Of a stretch of 64,000 nt of DNA, positions 1-9,389 are shown in pieces. Position numbers and translations under genes: made by a program. The DNA comes from a virus: the IMG/VR virus record IMGVR_UViG_3300020183_000008, positions 32,001-96,000 of that record; one strand, given 5' to 3'. How positions within the stretch are numbered: position 1 is the first letter of the stretch; each line of letters begins with the position of its first letter. Below the pieces are notes generated by a model that saw only the letters and a program-made list of their open reading frames with translations, had not been told where the DNA came from and made no database searches.

Positions 1-245
1 GCACCACCATTACCACCTGCGCTACCATCGCTTCCCGTTCCTGCCGCTGATGCATCTGGATGTTTCGGACCAAAAGACCCATATAAACCAGCAGAACCGC
101 CGCCGCCACCACCGATACCCCAAACCTTGATATCGTGCCCCGCAAGATTTGCAGGAAAGATGAAACTCGTTGATGAAGCGAACCGCTGTTCAACTTCAAC
201 TGTCTTCTGAGTTACCAAAGCACCCATGATGGTTCCAACAAACAT
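1..245 (-). CDS. Glycine-rich tail/fibre-associated protein, runs off the window edge (3' partial)
   Basis: Translated by hand from ATG at 245: MFVGTIMGALVTQKTVEVEQRFASSTSFIFPANLAGHDIKVWGIGGGGGGSAG...GSDGSAGGNGG. The V-W-G-x-GGGGGG motif is typical of phage Gly-rich domains. Not in the ORF track. Confidence 0.65.
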   Translation of the reverse strand, partial: MFVGTIMGALVTQKTVEVEQRFASSTSFIFPANLAGHDIKVWGIGGGGGGSAGLYGSFGPKHPDASAAGTGSDGSAGGNGG

Positions 246-246
246 A

Positions 247-723
247 TTAAACTATCCCATGAATAGGTCCGATGATTGCGATACTTTGACTACCTACGTT
301 CAAGTCTTGTCCAATACAGAAAACAGTGAATAGAGATGTAGTTGAGGTCATCTGCCCGTTCTGACCAGCTCCGTATTTGATTGGAATAGATGTAACCCCT
401 GCATCACTAAAAGATGTAATGGTAATAACATCAGAAGATGCGCCAAAAACGAGAATCGAAATTGACTGACCATCACGAATATTATGCACTGCTATAGTGC
501 GACTACCAGAACGAGCATCTCGAAAAGATGCGCCGAGAGAGGCATCAACAACACCTGTGGTTGTTATCGTTGATCCCAAATCAATATGCCTGTATTTTAC
601 CGCTAAGTTTCTAATCATATCCGAGGTCACCGAGTTATCATTAAGATAACCTGTCGGTAATCGATCAGTAGGAGTCTTTCTTTTTATTGATGCTAAAGAT
701 GAAAGTTTTTTAATGATAGGCAT
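247..723 (-). CDS. Hypothetical protein, probably virion/tail-associated
   Basis: 158 aa, S/T/G-rich and beta-like; lies immediately upstream of the Gly-rich gene. Confidence 0.45.
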   Translation of the reverse strand: MPIIKKLSSLASIKRKTPTDRLPTGYLNDNSVTSDMIRNLAVKYRHIDLGSTITTTGVVDASLGASFRDARSGSRTIAVHNIRDGQSISILVFGASSDVITITSFSDAGVTSIPIKYGAGQNGQMTSTTSLFTVFCIGQDLNVGSQSIAIIGPIHGIV

Positions 724-975
724 TTAATTAGACCCCTCTTCCGTATCTTCATCTCCAAGAAGCTCCGCTTTCAGTGCATCAATTTCTTCCTGAGAAATTT
801 CGCGCTGACCCTCATCAAGGAGGGTGTCGATATTATCTAAAAGACTCATCAACTCCACAGGACTGATCGTTGCAGCTTCTTGTATACAAACCATAATGAG
901 TTTTAATTCATCTTGATTAAGCACACACCTGTCGGTTAAGGCTTTCACATTCTGTATGAACTTCTCAGCAACCAT
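724..975 (-). CDS. Hypothetical acidic protein
   Basis: 83 aa ORF with GAGG RBS, abutting the next gene. Confidence 0.55.
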   Translation of the reverse strand: MVAEKFIQNVKALTDRCVLNQDELKLIMVCIQEAATISPVELMSLLDNIDTLLDEGQREISQEEIDALKAELLGDEDTEEGSN

Positions 976-996
976 TAAGACCTCAATATAAACTGA

Positions 997-2685
997 TTAA
1001 CTTTTTTTCTTCGCAGCGAAACGAGGATTACCACCATCTTGCTCTGGTGCAGCTTGTTTTTTCAAACCGATATCTTGTAAATGTTTGATGAAAAGGTCTT
1101 CGATGTTTGTTCCATCAGCAATCTTGGTCGCGACAGATTGATGCAAATTACGAAGCATTTCATTGTACGTTGAATCTTTCGGTGTGAAAAGGTCATCCTT
1201 GAGTTCTTTGAACGCAGCCTTGTCATCGATATTGAATAGATCGAGAATATAAGAAACTGGAACGGCACCTTTTTGATACAAATCAAGAAGCTGCCCAAAC
1301 ACTTCCCCGTTGTCTTTCAGTGCTAGACGACTGAAATTCAACTTTGGATAGAGTAGTTTTTTGTTTCCAAAAACATCGATCTCATAAAAACCTTTGCGTT
1401 TAGCGACAGGAGCGAAAATATACTCTTCTACAAAATCAGAAATTATTTCACGTAACTGTAGAAACTCTGTGTTGATAATTTCAAGATTCAGACGATTTCC
1501 TGCGTAGGTACCTTCCCCGCGCAGAATTTCGCTCGTGAAACCCAAAGCAACCATCATCCGCTTTTCGGTTTCTTCGTACTCCGATGTCAAGTCAAGCAAA
1601 CGATCGCTTGAACCGAATTCTTGCCAGTTAATTTCATAGTTAGCGATGATGGAGTAATCAGGGTCTTGCAAAGCTAAGTCCACTTGGGCTCTCAACTCTT
1701 CAACGTGCATTTGGGAAAGATTTTCACCCCAGACCACTCGAATAGGTGTCATGTGACGTGATGCGATGCTGGTCTGCGCTTGACGTAATTTTTCTCGATA
1801 AACCAGAGTGCCTAAAATAGGGTCTAACAACGACTGACCGATATCATCGTAGTAACTACCACCCCGTTTTAAAACATGGATAAAAGAACCCGTATGCGGA
1901 TCAGTGTCGAGTAGAATTTTACCATCCTTCATTGATTCAATGATCGCATCTGGAATATCTGAATCGACTTCCTCAGTCGCGCCCACAGTGTGCTCATGAT
2001 TTTTTGCATGAGCTGGAGGTATGACCTTCACATCAACCTTATCTGAAAACGGATAGGTAGTGACCTCGACAGAATCCGGAGGTAGGATGATAATTCGACT
2101 CCAACCACCATATTGCTTATTTCTATCGTATCTATCAACTGACAAAGGTTTGTCCTTAGAGAGCTGTTTTTTCTGCTCTGAAAGGGCTTCTTCGATTTCT
2201 TTGTCTAATTCTTTTATACTATCTTCGATTTCGGAATCTTCTATGAAAGGGTACGCAACCCCATGAAGATAGTATTCATAAACGATTTGACAAAGGCGTT
2301 CAAATAACCTCACTTTTTTGCACATTTTTTCAAAAAAGTTAAGAATAAATTGACACTGTTCAACATCACGACCATCCGGAGCGGAAAGACGCGTTTTAGA
2401 TAAAGGGATAGAAACTTTTAACTCTAAAGCCCTAGAAATAAATTCATCAGAAGATGCCAAATAACGATAAACAGCTCTTTTTTCTTTGAGGTTCTGCGGC
2501 TTTTCAAGAAAGTCGGTGCCTAGCTGAAAAGAAAAAATATTATTAGCACCAGATGACATGACATCAGCAGCAACGCGTTTGTTCATGTTCTGCGATGCGG
2601 TAGCATATTTCACATATCGTTTAGAACGAGATGGGTGCGGGTTCTTATCGGTTTGAATCACACTTCTTTTTTTACGTTCCGCCAT
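997..2685 (-). CDS. Phage portal protein
   Basis: 562 aa, close downstream of the terminase. Has portal-like segments (YEYYLHGVAYPF, ILPPDSVEV, GQSLLDPIL, VALGFTSEILRGEGTYA). Confidence 0.8.
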   Translation of the reverse strand: MAERKKRSVIQTDKNPHPSRSKRYVKYATASQNMNKRVAADVMSSGANNIFSFQLGTDFLEKPQNLKEKRAVYRYLASSDEFISRALELKVSIPLSKTRLSAPDGRDVEQCQFILNFFEKMCKKVRLFERLCQIVYEYYLHGVAYPFIEDSEIEDSIKELDKEIEEALSEQKKQLSKDKPLSVDRYDRNKQYGGWSRIIILPPDSVEVTTYPFSDKVDVKVIPPAHAKNHEHTVGATEEVDSDIPDAIIESMKDGKILLDTDPHTGSFIHVLKRGGSYYDDIGQSLLDPILGTLVYREKLRQAQTSIASRHMTPIRVVWGENLSQMHVEELRAQVDLALQDPDYSIIANYEINWQEFGSSDRLLDLTSEYEETEKRMMVALGFTSEILRGEGTYAGNRLNLEIINTEFLQLREIISDFVEEYIFAPVAKRKGFYEIDVFGNKKLLYPKLNFSRLALKDNGEVFGQLLDLYQKGAVPVSYILDLFNIDDKAAFKELKDDLFTPKDSTYNEMLRNLHQSVATKIADGTNIEDLFIKHLQDIGLKKQAAPEQDGGNPRFAAKKKS

Positions 2686-3047
2686 TATTCCACCCCATCC
2701 TCTTCAGGTTTTAATTGGAGGATTTTATTTCTAACATTCTTATCAATCTTATTAGATGATTGATTACTTGAATTTTCCATTTTTAATTCAGGGAATCTTA
2801 CATTTGCAAGATGTTTAAGCACAACTTGTAAAGATGATATTTTTCTGTTCAAGCGAATCAATTCATTTTCGGCTGAACGAATCAGACTTTGATCTTGAAA
2901 ATTATCAGCGTACTGGTCACGATAAAACTTCTGAATATCAGAAACTTTTGCTGTCAGCTCATGCAAATCGCGCTCAATACGAGATGCATTTTCACAAACT
3001 TGCTTATGGTGATTTTTCGCTGAGGTTTGGTTAGACAACCTTTTCAT
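2685..3047 (-). CDS. Hypothetical coiled-coil protein
   Basis: 120 aa, translationally coupled between terminase and portal. Confidence 0.55.
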   Translation of the reverse strand: MKRLSNQTSAKNHHKQVCENASRIERDLHELTAKVSDIQKFYRDQYADNFQDQSLIRSAENELIRLNRKISSLQVVLKHLANVRFPELKMENSSNQSSNKIDKNVRNKILQLKPEEDGVE

Positions 3048-4894
3048 TTATACCTCTTATTGTAAAACACCGAATAAGGGCTTGAATTTTTACGCCGCAA
3101 ATTTCTTTTAGGATCGATATAACTCGTACCAAATGTTTGTTTACGGATTGTCTGAGATGCATTCGCTGAATCATACACGGCTGTCGAAGAAATATCCATA
3201 GACCCTTTCTGAACAGCCCATTGCGTAGCACACCACAACGCACGAACGAAACTATCAGATCGGTCATCGTGTTTACCCTCGATTTCAGGTGCAGCTACTA
3301 GAGTTATGTATTTTGATATGTACTCACTCTGAAGGTCAAGCACCTCAGAGATAAATTCACCGTTTTTATCTGATGTAGCCCCTTCATCAAATAACCTTAA
3401 TTTACCATCGATAACCTGTAACATGAAGTTGTTGTAAAGCTCTGAATTGATCCGACGGTCAAAATACATCATTTCGAATTGATTTAGACCTTTTTTATCA
3501 AGAGCCTGTTTTAAGGGCACCCCGTTATACTGGTCAAAAAGACCTTTTTGTATTGAAAACTCTCGACAGATGGATTCGATACGCTCGGAAATCATATCAA
3601 AATCAAGAAATTCCATGCCCGCGTAAGAACCTTTTCCTGCTTGCATGACTTCTTGATAATCCATTTCATATTTTGGAACGATCACTTCATCTATAAGATT
3701 ACCATTTAAATCAAAGACAGGCTCCTTGAAATGCTCGATATGTACCACTGAAAAAGCGGTCATGTCTTTTTTCAAACCGATGTCGACACCCATAAAGTGC
3801 AAGGTTCTTGGAGTACCCCGCATCTTAGGTTTCAAATCAGGCTCCACGCACCGCAAAAGTTGCTCCCTTGGCATCCAAGATTTCACGGTGTCTGAAAATT
3901 TAGCACCGATTTCACACCAATAGACATCAGGGTTTCTGCGGTACCGCTCTCTTAATTCTGATGAATCGATGTCGGGGTACATCTCCCAAGTAGGGACTTG
4001 AAACATGAGAATTTTTTCTGAACCAAAAGACTGGTTGTATAGCTCCCAGAGTTTCCCTTGTTTATTGAGAGGGGATGAAAGATTTAAAATCTTAGCATCT
4101 TTACCAAATGAAAGCGTCGATGGTGTCACGGCATCGTAGATCACTGTATCAGATGTATTCGCTGAACTATCCACGAAGTGCGCTTGCTCATCCATGATTA
4201 CCACCATGTTTGACATACCGCGCAAACCACGAGCAGAACACGGAGCGGCTTGAATGATTATTGAAGATGATTTGCTGTTTTGAGATTCAAGGTCTCTCAA
4301 GGTGCGCAAAGTCATGTATTGAAGAGTTGGAGGATTTTTGTACCGAGTAAAATAAGCACTGTGATCGATGTAGGCTGCGATATCGTTAAAAAGAAGTTGA
4401 GCTTGGTCTGTCGAGGTCGCTACGGTACTGATGTAAATTTCAGCATCATCAGTGATTCCATAGTGTTTTTGCGGGTGAGGCTTTTTGATTAACTTGTATG
4501 CTTCATAGGCAGAAACGATTGCACCAAGTTTGCTCTTTCCCGATCGTCTCCCACACACCAAAACTAATTCGTTTCTTCCAACAGAAAATACTTGTTCTCG
4601 AAGATTTGTACGACCTTCATTCCACAAATAGGAAAGGTATCCCTTCTCTGTAAAACGATACATCTCCTGTTCATTCAAATGATCTCGCACGATGATTATT
4701 TTTTCTTTATCATCGAGAGGTATGTTATCAAAGCATTTCAGAATTATCTTTTGAACAGGACGCAGGCAGGTGTTACCTGTCGTTTTATTCATGTTCAAAC
4801 CCCAAGGTGCTTCACAAAAAGTGATGATATCTACAGGTGGGGTATCCTGAGTGTTTTCTTTGCTAACTTGACCTACGATCTCTGAGAGATTCAT
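3044..4894 (-). CDS. terL: Terminase large subunit
   Basis: Walker A GRRSGKS, Walker B VVIMDEQAHF, motif III LSSP, nuclease FMGVDIG and C-terminal HDDRSDS. Confidence 0.93.
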   Translation of the reverse strand: MNLSEIVGQVSKENTQDTPPVDIITFCEAPWGLNMNKTTGNTCLRPVQKIILKCFDNIPLDDKEKIIIVRDHLNEQEMYRFTEKGYLSYLWNEGRTNLREQVFSVGRNELVLVCGRRSGKSKLGAIVSAYEAYKLIKKPHPQKHYGITDDAEIYISTVATSTDQAQLLFNDIAAYIDHSAYFTRYKNPPTLQYMTLRTLRDLESQNSKSSSIIIQAAPCSARGLRGMSNMVVIMDEQAHFVDSSANTSDTVIYDAVTPSTLSFGKDAKILNLSSPLNKQGKLWELYNQSFGSEKILMFQVPTWEMYPDIDSSELRERYRRNPDVYWCEIGAKFSDTVKSWMPREQLLRCVEPDLKPKMRGTPRTLHFMGVDIGLKKDMTAFSVVHIEHFKEPVFDLNGNLIDEVIVPKYEMDYQEVMQAGKGSYAGMEFLDFDMISERIESICREFSIQKGLFDQYNGVPLKQALDKKGLNQFEMMYFDRRINSELYNNFMLQVIDGKLRLFDEGATSDKNGEFISEVLDLQSEYISKYITLVAAPEIEGKHDDRSDSFVRALWCATQWAVQKGSMDISSTAVYDSANASQTIRKQTFGTSYIDPKRNLRRKNSSPYSVFYNKRYK

Positions 4895-5598
4895 TAGTCC
4901 GCCTCAATTTTATCAGCGATTTCCGTGGCTCTATCTTCGAAATTTACCAAATTTTTCTGTAATTTCATGAAAAAAAGTTCTTTTTGCTCGTCACTCACAC
5001 CTTCAACCTGAGCCAAAGAATCTCGGACAAGACCGATTAGAAACTTAAAAACAGCTTGCATTTTTTTACCCTTGAGGTTCAAAACCTCATTCTGAGCAAG
5101 CTCGCGTTTAGTGACAATAAGATCCGCAATACTTTTTAAAACTATTGATCTCTGTTTTGCAATTTTTACAGTGTCAGCGGTTTTACCCTCATTGAAGGTT
5201 CTATCGAATTTCATACTCGCTGTTTCTTCAGCTATTTCTTCAATAAGTTTGTCAAGAAGTTCAAAAGAATTGGAACCTCTTCTGACAATCTTCAAAAGAT
5301 TGTCATCAGCAATATAGTCTCTCTTTTGTTGTCGAATTTCATCAACAATTTCTGGAGGGGGAGCCGGTACGATCTCTTGAGGTTGAGAATTTAACTGAGT
5401 TTGAGATGATTTGAATTTACTTGGAACAGATTCGATTTTTATCGAAGTGGCTAAACCTTGATTGACAGTTTGCTGCCGCTTCAATTCTTGCTGAATAATT
5501 TCTTCAGCCCGAGATTTTAAATCAGCGATATCTTCACCTGACTCAATCTCGAACTCAGGATAATTTGGATCAATTTCAGGTTTTTTATTATCGGGCAT
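4894..5598 (-). CDS. Helical hypothetical protein, possible terminase small subunit
   Basis: 234 aa, overlaps the terL start. The terS call is positional only. Confidence 0.4.
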   Translation of the reverse strand: MPDNKKPEIDPNYPEFEIESGEDIADLKSRAEEIIQQELKRQQTVNQGLATSIKIESVPSKFKSSQTQLNSQPQEIVPAPPPEIVDEIRQQKRDYIADDNLLKIVRRGSNSFELLDKLIEEIAEETASMKFDRTFNEGKTADTVKIAKQRSIVLKSIADLIVTKRELAQNEVLNLKGKKMQAVFKFLIGLVRDSLAQVEGVSDEQKELFFMKLQKNLVNFEDRATEIADKIEAD

Positions 5599-5628
5599 AA
5601 AAATTCCTTTTAAAATGCCCGATCAGGT

Positions 5629-7278
5629 TCAGATGTATTTAGAAATACTATCGTCTAGCCCACTTTCCTCAAGCTCAACTTCAAGATTTTTGTCTACGGT
5701 TACCGCGACCTTATTATTGGTCACTTTAATTTCTGAAACCGTAGATGTGGAAGCCGATTTATTCGCATACACCGTGAAAGACCGATCAAGCCTTGTGCAA
5801 AGCACACCTTTATTATAGGGGCAGGATGAACATTCTTTTTTTGCTGCAATCTTCGCGTGTGTATTGATTTTATGGGGAGACTGGCACGGAGTATCAAACA
5901 AAGTTGCCTGAACAACAGATGTTGTTTCAAAATACGATTTAACAATCTGAGAGATTGTGGTGGAACTCACCCTCTCGTTATGCTTCAGGATAGAAGTCAA
6001 AGGGTGACCCATGCGTAATTGAGTTTCTATCTGATCTTTATTACGAACAGACTCCGATGCTAATTTAGGGTCAAAACCATCTAGGTCGAAATCAGATTCC
6101 ATTTCAAATTTATTTTCATGCAGAGCTTTTTTACTTTGATTAACATCAAGAAAAGCCTTTTTGGTTACCCCGACAGGATTCGAAGATAATTCTTTAGAGT
6201 CGTATTTTTTACCAGCTCTTTTTAGGTTTTTTTCCCATTCCGATACAGGAATTTGTGATAAATTTGAAATTATTTTTTTACCCAAAGTTTTTTCATCGAT
6301 CGGAGTATATTTTTTTCGAGAATCAGCAAGAACATATTTAACATTAGGGTTATGTTTAGCAAAAAACTTTCGTGCATCTTCGATGTTTGTAAAAGGTTCC
6401 ATCTCTACAAACACGCGACCGATACTTCCGACAAGATCTGCATATTTTCTAATTACACTGCTATAACTTTCAATCGATGACCCGTAACGCGATGTGACGT
6501 ACTCTTTGAAAAGAGAGGGCTCCATCCCCGCGCTAAGTCTTTTCGAAAGATCAGCAGCGATATCTCGCGCTTCTTTCGAAACAGTAGATTCAGATGTTTT
6601 ACTCTTTAAAACCACTCTCTTGGATTCATCATGGTAAACTACAGAGTTGGCTTGAGCTTTTTTGGATGAAACTGACAAAAATGCGTTTTGTAATTCAACC
6701 TTCGATGAAATCTCATACCCTGATGCAATTTTTCCTGAGGAAACAAGGTGTTGCTTGTAATGAGTTAAAGTTTTTTGATCAAAATTTACTTCAGATACGA
6801 GAGCCTTTTTATAAAGGCGACAGAACCCACCTTGATTCTGAGAACAACCTCCACAAGACGCCATCTTTTTAGCGAATGTCGCAACACGGTTGTTTCTGAG
6901 TAACTTAGAACCATCTTCGCATGAAGAAAAAGCGGCTGGATCAATGTAAACATTTCCCAACAACCCTTCCTCAGAAGATAATTTCTTTATCTCCCTTTCA
7001 GCCACAGCACGAATCTCAGGTGAAACATTTGCGAAGACTGTACGCTCAATATGTTCCATCGAACGACCTAACATCAGTTCACGCTTGGCGTTAGCGATGA
7101 TCGAAGTTACCTCTTCAAAGTTAGCTTTTCTTTTTTTCGGTGGTTCAAAGGAGAACGCATCTGCGAGAGCATCAAGCTGTTCATGAGATTGATTTTTTGA
7201 GAAAGGGGCGTTTTGTTTATCGTTAGCCTCAAGCCACTCGTGGTCTACCAAAAAGGAATCGATATTTTTATTGGACAT
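5629..7278 (-). CDS. Hypothetical protein with repeated Cys-rich modules, possibly head morphogenesis
   Basis: 549 aa. Repeated units GLLGNVYID/GSIGRVFVE and CGGCSQNQGGFC/CSSCPYNKGVLC; lies in the packaging operon. Confidence 0.5.
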   Translation of the reverse strand: MSNKNIDSFLVDHEWLEANDKQNAPFSKNQSHEQLDALADAFSFEPPKKRKANFEEVTSIIANAKRELMLGRSMEHIERTVFANVSPEIRAVAEREIKKLSSEEGLLGNVYIDPAAFSSCEDGSKLLRNNRVATFAKKMASCGGCSQNQGGFCRLYKKALVSEVNFDQKTLTHYKQHLVSSGKIASGYEISSKVELQNAFLSVSSKKAQANSVVYHDESKRVVLKSKTSESTVSKEARDIAADLSKRLSAGMEPSLFKEYVTSRYGSSIESYSSVIRKYADLVGSIGRVFVEMEPFTNIEDARKFFAKHNPNVKYVLADSRKKYTPIDEKTLGKKIISNLSQIPVSEWEKNLKRAGKKYDSKELSSNPVGVTKKAFLDVNQSKKALHENKFEMESDFDLDGFDPKLASESVRNKDQIETQLRMGHPLTSILKHNERVSSTTISQIVKSYFETTSVVQATLFDTPCQSPHKINTHAKIAAKKECSSCPYNKGVLCTRLDRSFTVYANKSASTSTVSEIKVTNNKVAVTVDKNLEVELEESGLDDSISKYI

Positions 7279-7283
7279 GATTA

Positions 7284-8072
7284 TTAGATAACCTCATTTT
7301 TGAACAGTCTGCTGATGACTATGTTACCATCTTCATCAGTTTCCATAGCCCACAAGTCACGCTCACTCTTATGAATGAGAACATTCTCACTGATCTTAGT
7401 AAAATTATGTAAATCAGCGACTTTTATTTTAGTTCTTTCACCTGATGCATTTTTCAAATAAACATCAACAGAGTCATCGGTTCCCCAAATGAAGTTATCA
7501 AAAAAACTCATGCGTAATCTCTCCTTTGTAGGACCATCTGTTGGATTCAATAAAGACCCGTTAGCCCATTCCGGATTTTCCGCATCCGGTTCAACTGGAA
7601 CACTAAATGGTTCCTTTATAGATGCAGGTAAATCAGTAGAATCTCCCGATAGGGATTCCAAGCTACTCGGCATAAAACCGAAACTTTCGAAACTAGGGTG
7701 CTGAGTTGTCTCGGCATCTTGATAATAGAACAAATTTCTATGCGGGTAAGCAACCTCAGCAAAACGCAAAGCTACCTTATCAGCAATATCCGAGAAATAA
7801 ATTTCATTCGGGAACGGTCTCATCGAATCTGAAAATTGACGAGACCATTCTTTTAGCGCGTGCCACATTAAATGTTTTTGTTTTATATCATCAGTACGGT
7901 CGTACAGTTTCCGAACGAAAGAGGGGTGTAGTTGCCTATACGGATTATCTACACGCTCTCCTGGAAGTTGGGAACGTGTATTTTCTTTAGATAAATCAAC
8001 AGGTGCCTTGTTTGGGCACGATGGATCTGTATCCGATTTTTTACGCATCAGAGACTCCTCAAATACACTCAT
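7284..8072 (-). CDS. Hypothetical protein
   Basis: 262 aa ORF in an operon-like arrangement. Confidence 0.55.
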   Translation of the reverse strand: MSVFEESLMRKKSDTDPSCPNKAPVDLSKENTRSQLPGERVDNPYRQLHPSFVRKLYDRTDDIKQKHLMWHALKEWSRQFSDSMRPFPNEIYFSDIADKVALRFAEVAYPHRNLFYYQDAETTQHPSFESFGFMPSSLESLSGDSTDLPASIKEPFSVPVEPDAENPEWANGSLLNPTDGPTKERLRMSFFDNFIWGTDDSVDVYLKNASGERTKIKVADLHNFTKISENVLIHKSERDLWAMETDEDGNIVISRLFKNEVI

Positions 8073-8075
8073 TAT

Positions 8076-8699
8076 TTATTTTTTATTGGAGTTAGGAATT
8101 CTGATGTCAACGTAATCTCTATTCTTATGTTCCCATTTCGGTAGAGATATCTCATGCAATATATTAAAATTATTAGAAATTTTTGTGAAAGCATCAAAAT
8201 ATCTATCAAGATCAGAATTTAATTTACATTTATCTTCTAAAATTTTCAGACATTTCATAAAACGGTGACGCACACGAGATTGGGTCATTCCGACGATACC
8301 TGCAACCTGTGACTGACAAGTCGTCCGATATAATTCCCACATAATAACAAGATCAACTTCCTCTTCAATCACTCCAGTGAGTTCCTCAAACATTTCGTTT
8401 CGAGTGAATTTTGGAATAGAAATCAAAAATTTAAGTCGTTCTCTTGCCCGAGCAATACGATGCGATACTCCACCCTGAGACAAATTGAGAATTTTAGCGA
8501 TCTCTTTTTGGTCTTTTTTAAGAATGTGGTACATCAAGATTAGATCAGCCTCTTTTTTTGGCAACATAGCCAAATAAGGCTTCAAATCATCGAGAGAGTA
8601 TTTCGAAGGTCCGAAAAAAGGGATTCGGTCTTCCGTTGAAAATCGCGACTCTAACTCAGTAGAGTCGATGCTTTGAACAAAGATAGAACCCCCCATCAC
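8076..8699 (-). CDS. Sigma-70 region-4-like protein with two HTH repeats
   Basis: LPKKEADLILMYHILKKDQKEIAKILNLSQGGVSHRIARARERLK, and a second unit CQSQVAGIVGMTQSRVRHRFMKCLKIL. Confidence 0.75.
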   Translation of the reverse strand: MMGGSIFVQSIDSTELESRFSTEDRIPFFGPSKYSLDDLKPYLAMLPKKEADLILMYHILKKDQKEIAKILNLSQGGVSHRIARARERLKFLISIPKFTRNEMFEELTGVIEEEVDLVIMWELYRTTCQSQVAGIVGMTQSRVRHRFMKCLKILEDKCKLNSDLDRYFDAFTKISNNFNILHEISLPKWEHKNRDYVDIRIPNSNKK

Positions 8700-8705
8700 A
8701 TCACC

Positions 8706-9362
8706 TCAAAAAAACGTCACAACGTCACTCTCATCGTCCTCCACTACGGTGACTGATAGGAATGAAGCAGATACGGTAATATTTCTGGACTTTAAGCTAG
8801 TAACATCGATTATGCACAAATTATCTTTTTTTACTACCTTAACGACCTTGCCTATTAAATTTTTGTAGAGACCATCAAGAATTCTTACCGTATCACCTAC
8901 TTTTACAAGGCTCGCATCTTTTGCAATTTTATTAAATTGGTCAAAAAGATTCTTGATCTGATCTTCAGGTACAATCTGAACGGCTTGCGTTGAAGGGTCA
9001 CAAACGACACCCTCAAAAAACTTACTGTCCTTTAATTTATAGTAGGGTAAACCAACTCTATGTTTAATAAAAAAATAACCGCTTAACAAAACGATATTCC
9101 GCTCAAAGAATTCTTCATCTTGGTAATGAATAGGAATAAAAACATCTACATCGGATTTACCTAAATTTTTAATCACAAGCTCTTTGAGCATACCGATGTT
9201 ACGTTCAGTTTCACCCCTTTGGGTGAGTTCCAAAGCAACCCAGCCTTCTTTGTAAACTTCAGGGGATCTTACTTTCTTGACCTTTTTGCTATGAGGGTTT
9301 TTTCTCACAGCTTTTAGTGGCTTTTTTGTTGCTTTAAATTTTTCGGATGTTTTATTCGCCAT
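8706..9362 (-). CDS. nusG: NusG-family transcription (anti)termination factor
   Basis: NGN-like segment (VFIP...LLSGYFFI) and KOW motif VKVGDTVRILDGLYKNLIGKVVKV. Confidence 0.85.
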   Translation of the reverse strand: MANKTSEKFKATKKPLKAVRKNPHSKKVKKVRSPEVYKEGWVALELTQRGETERNIGMLKELVIKNLGKSDVDVFIPIHYQDEEFFERNIVLLSGYFFIKHRVGLPYYKLKDSKFFEGVVCDPSTQAVQIVPEDQIKNLFDQFNKIAKDASLVKVGDTVRILDGLYKNLIGKVVKVVKKDNLCIIDVTSLKSRNITVSASFLSVTVVEDDESDVVTFF

Positions 9363-9389
9363 ATAGCCTAATTATAGGCGAATAGAAAT

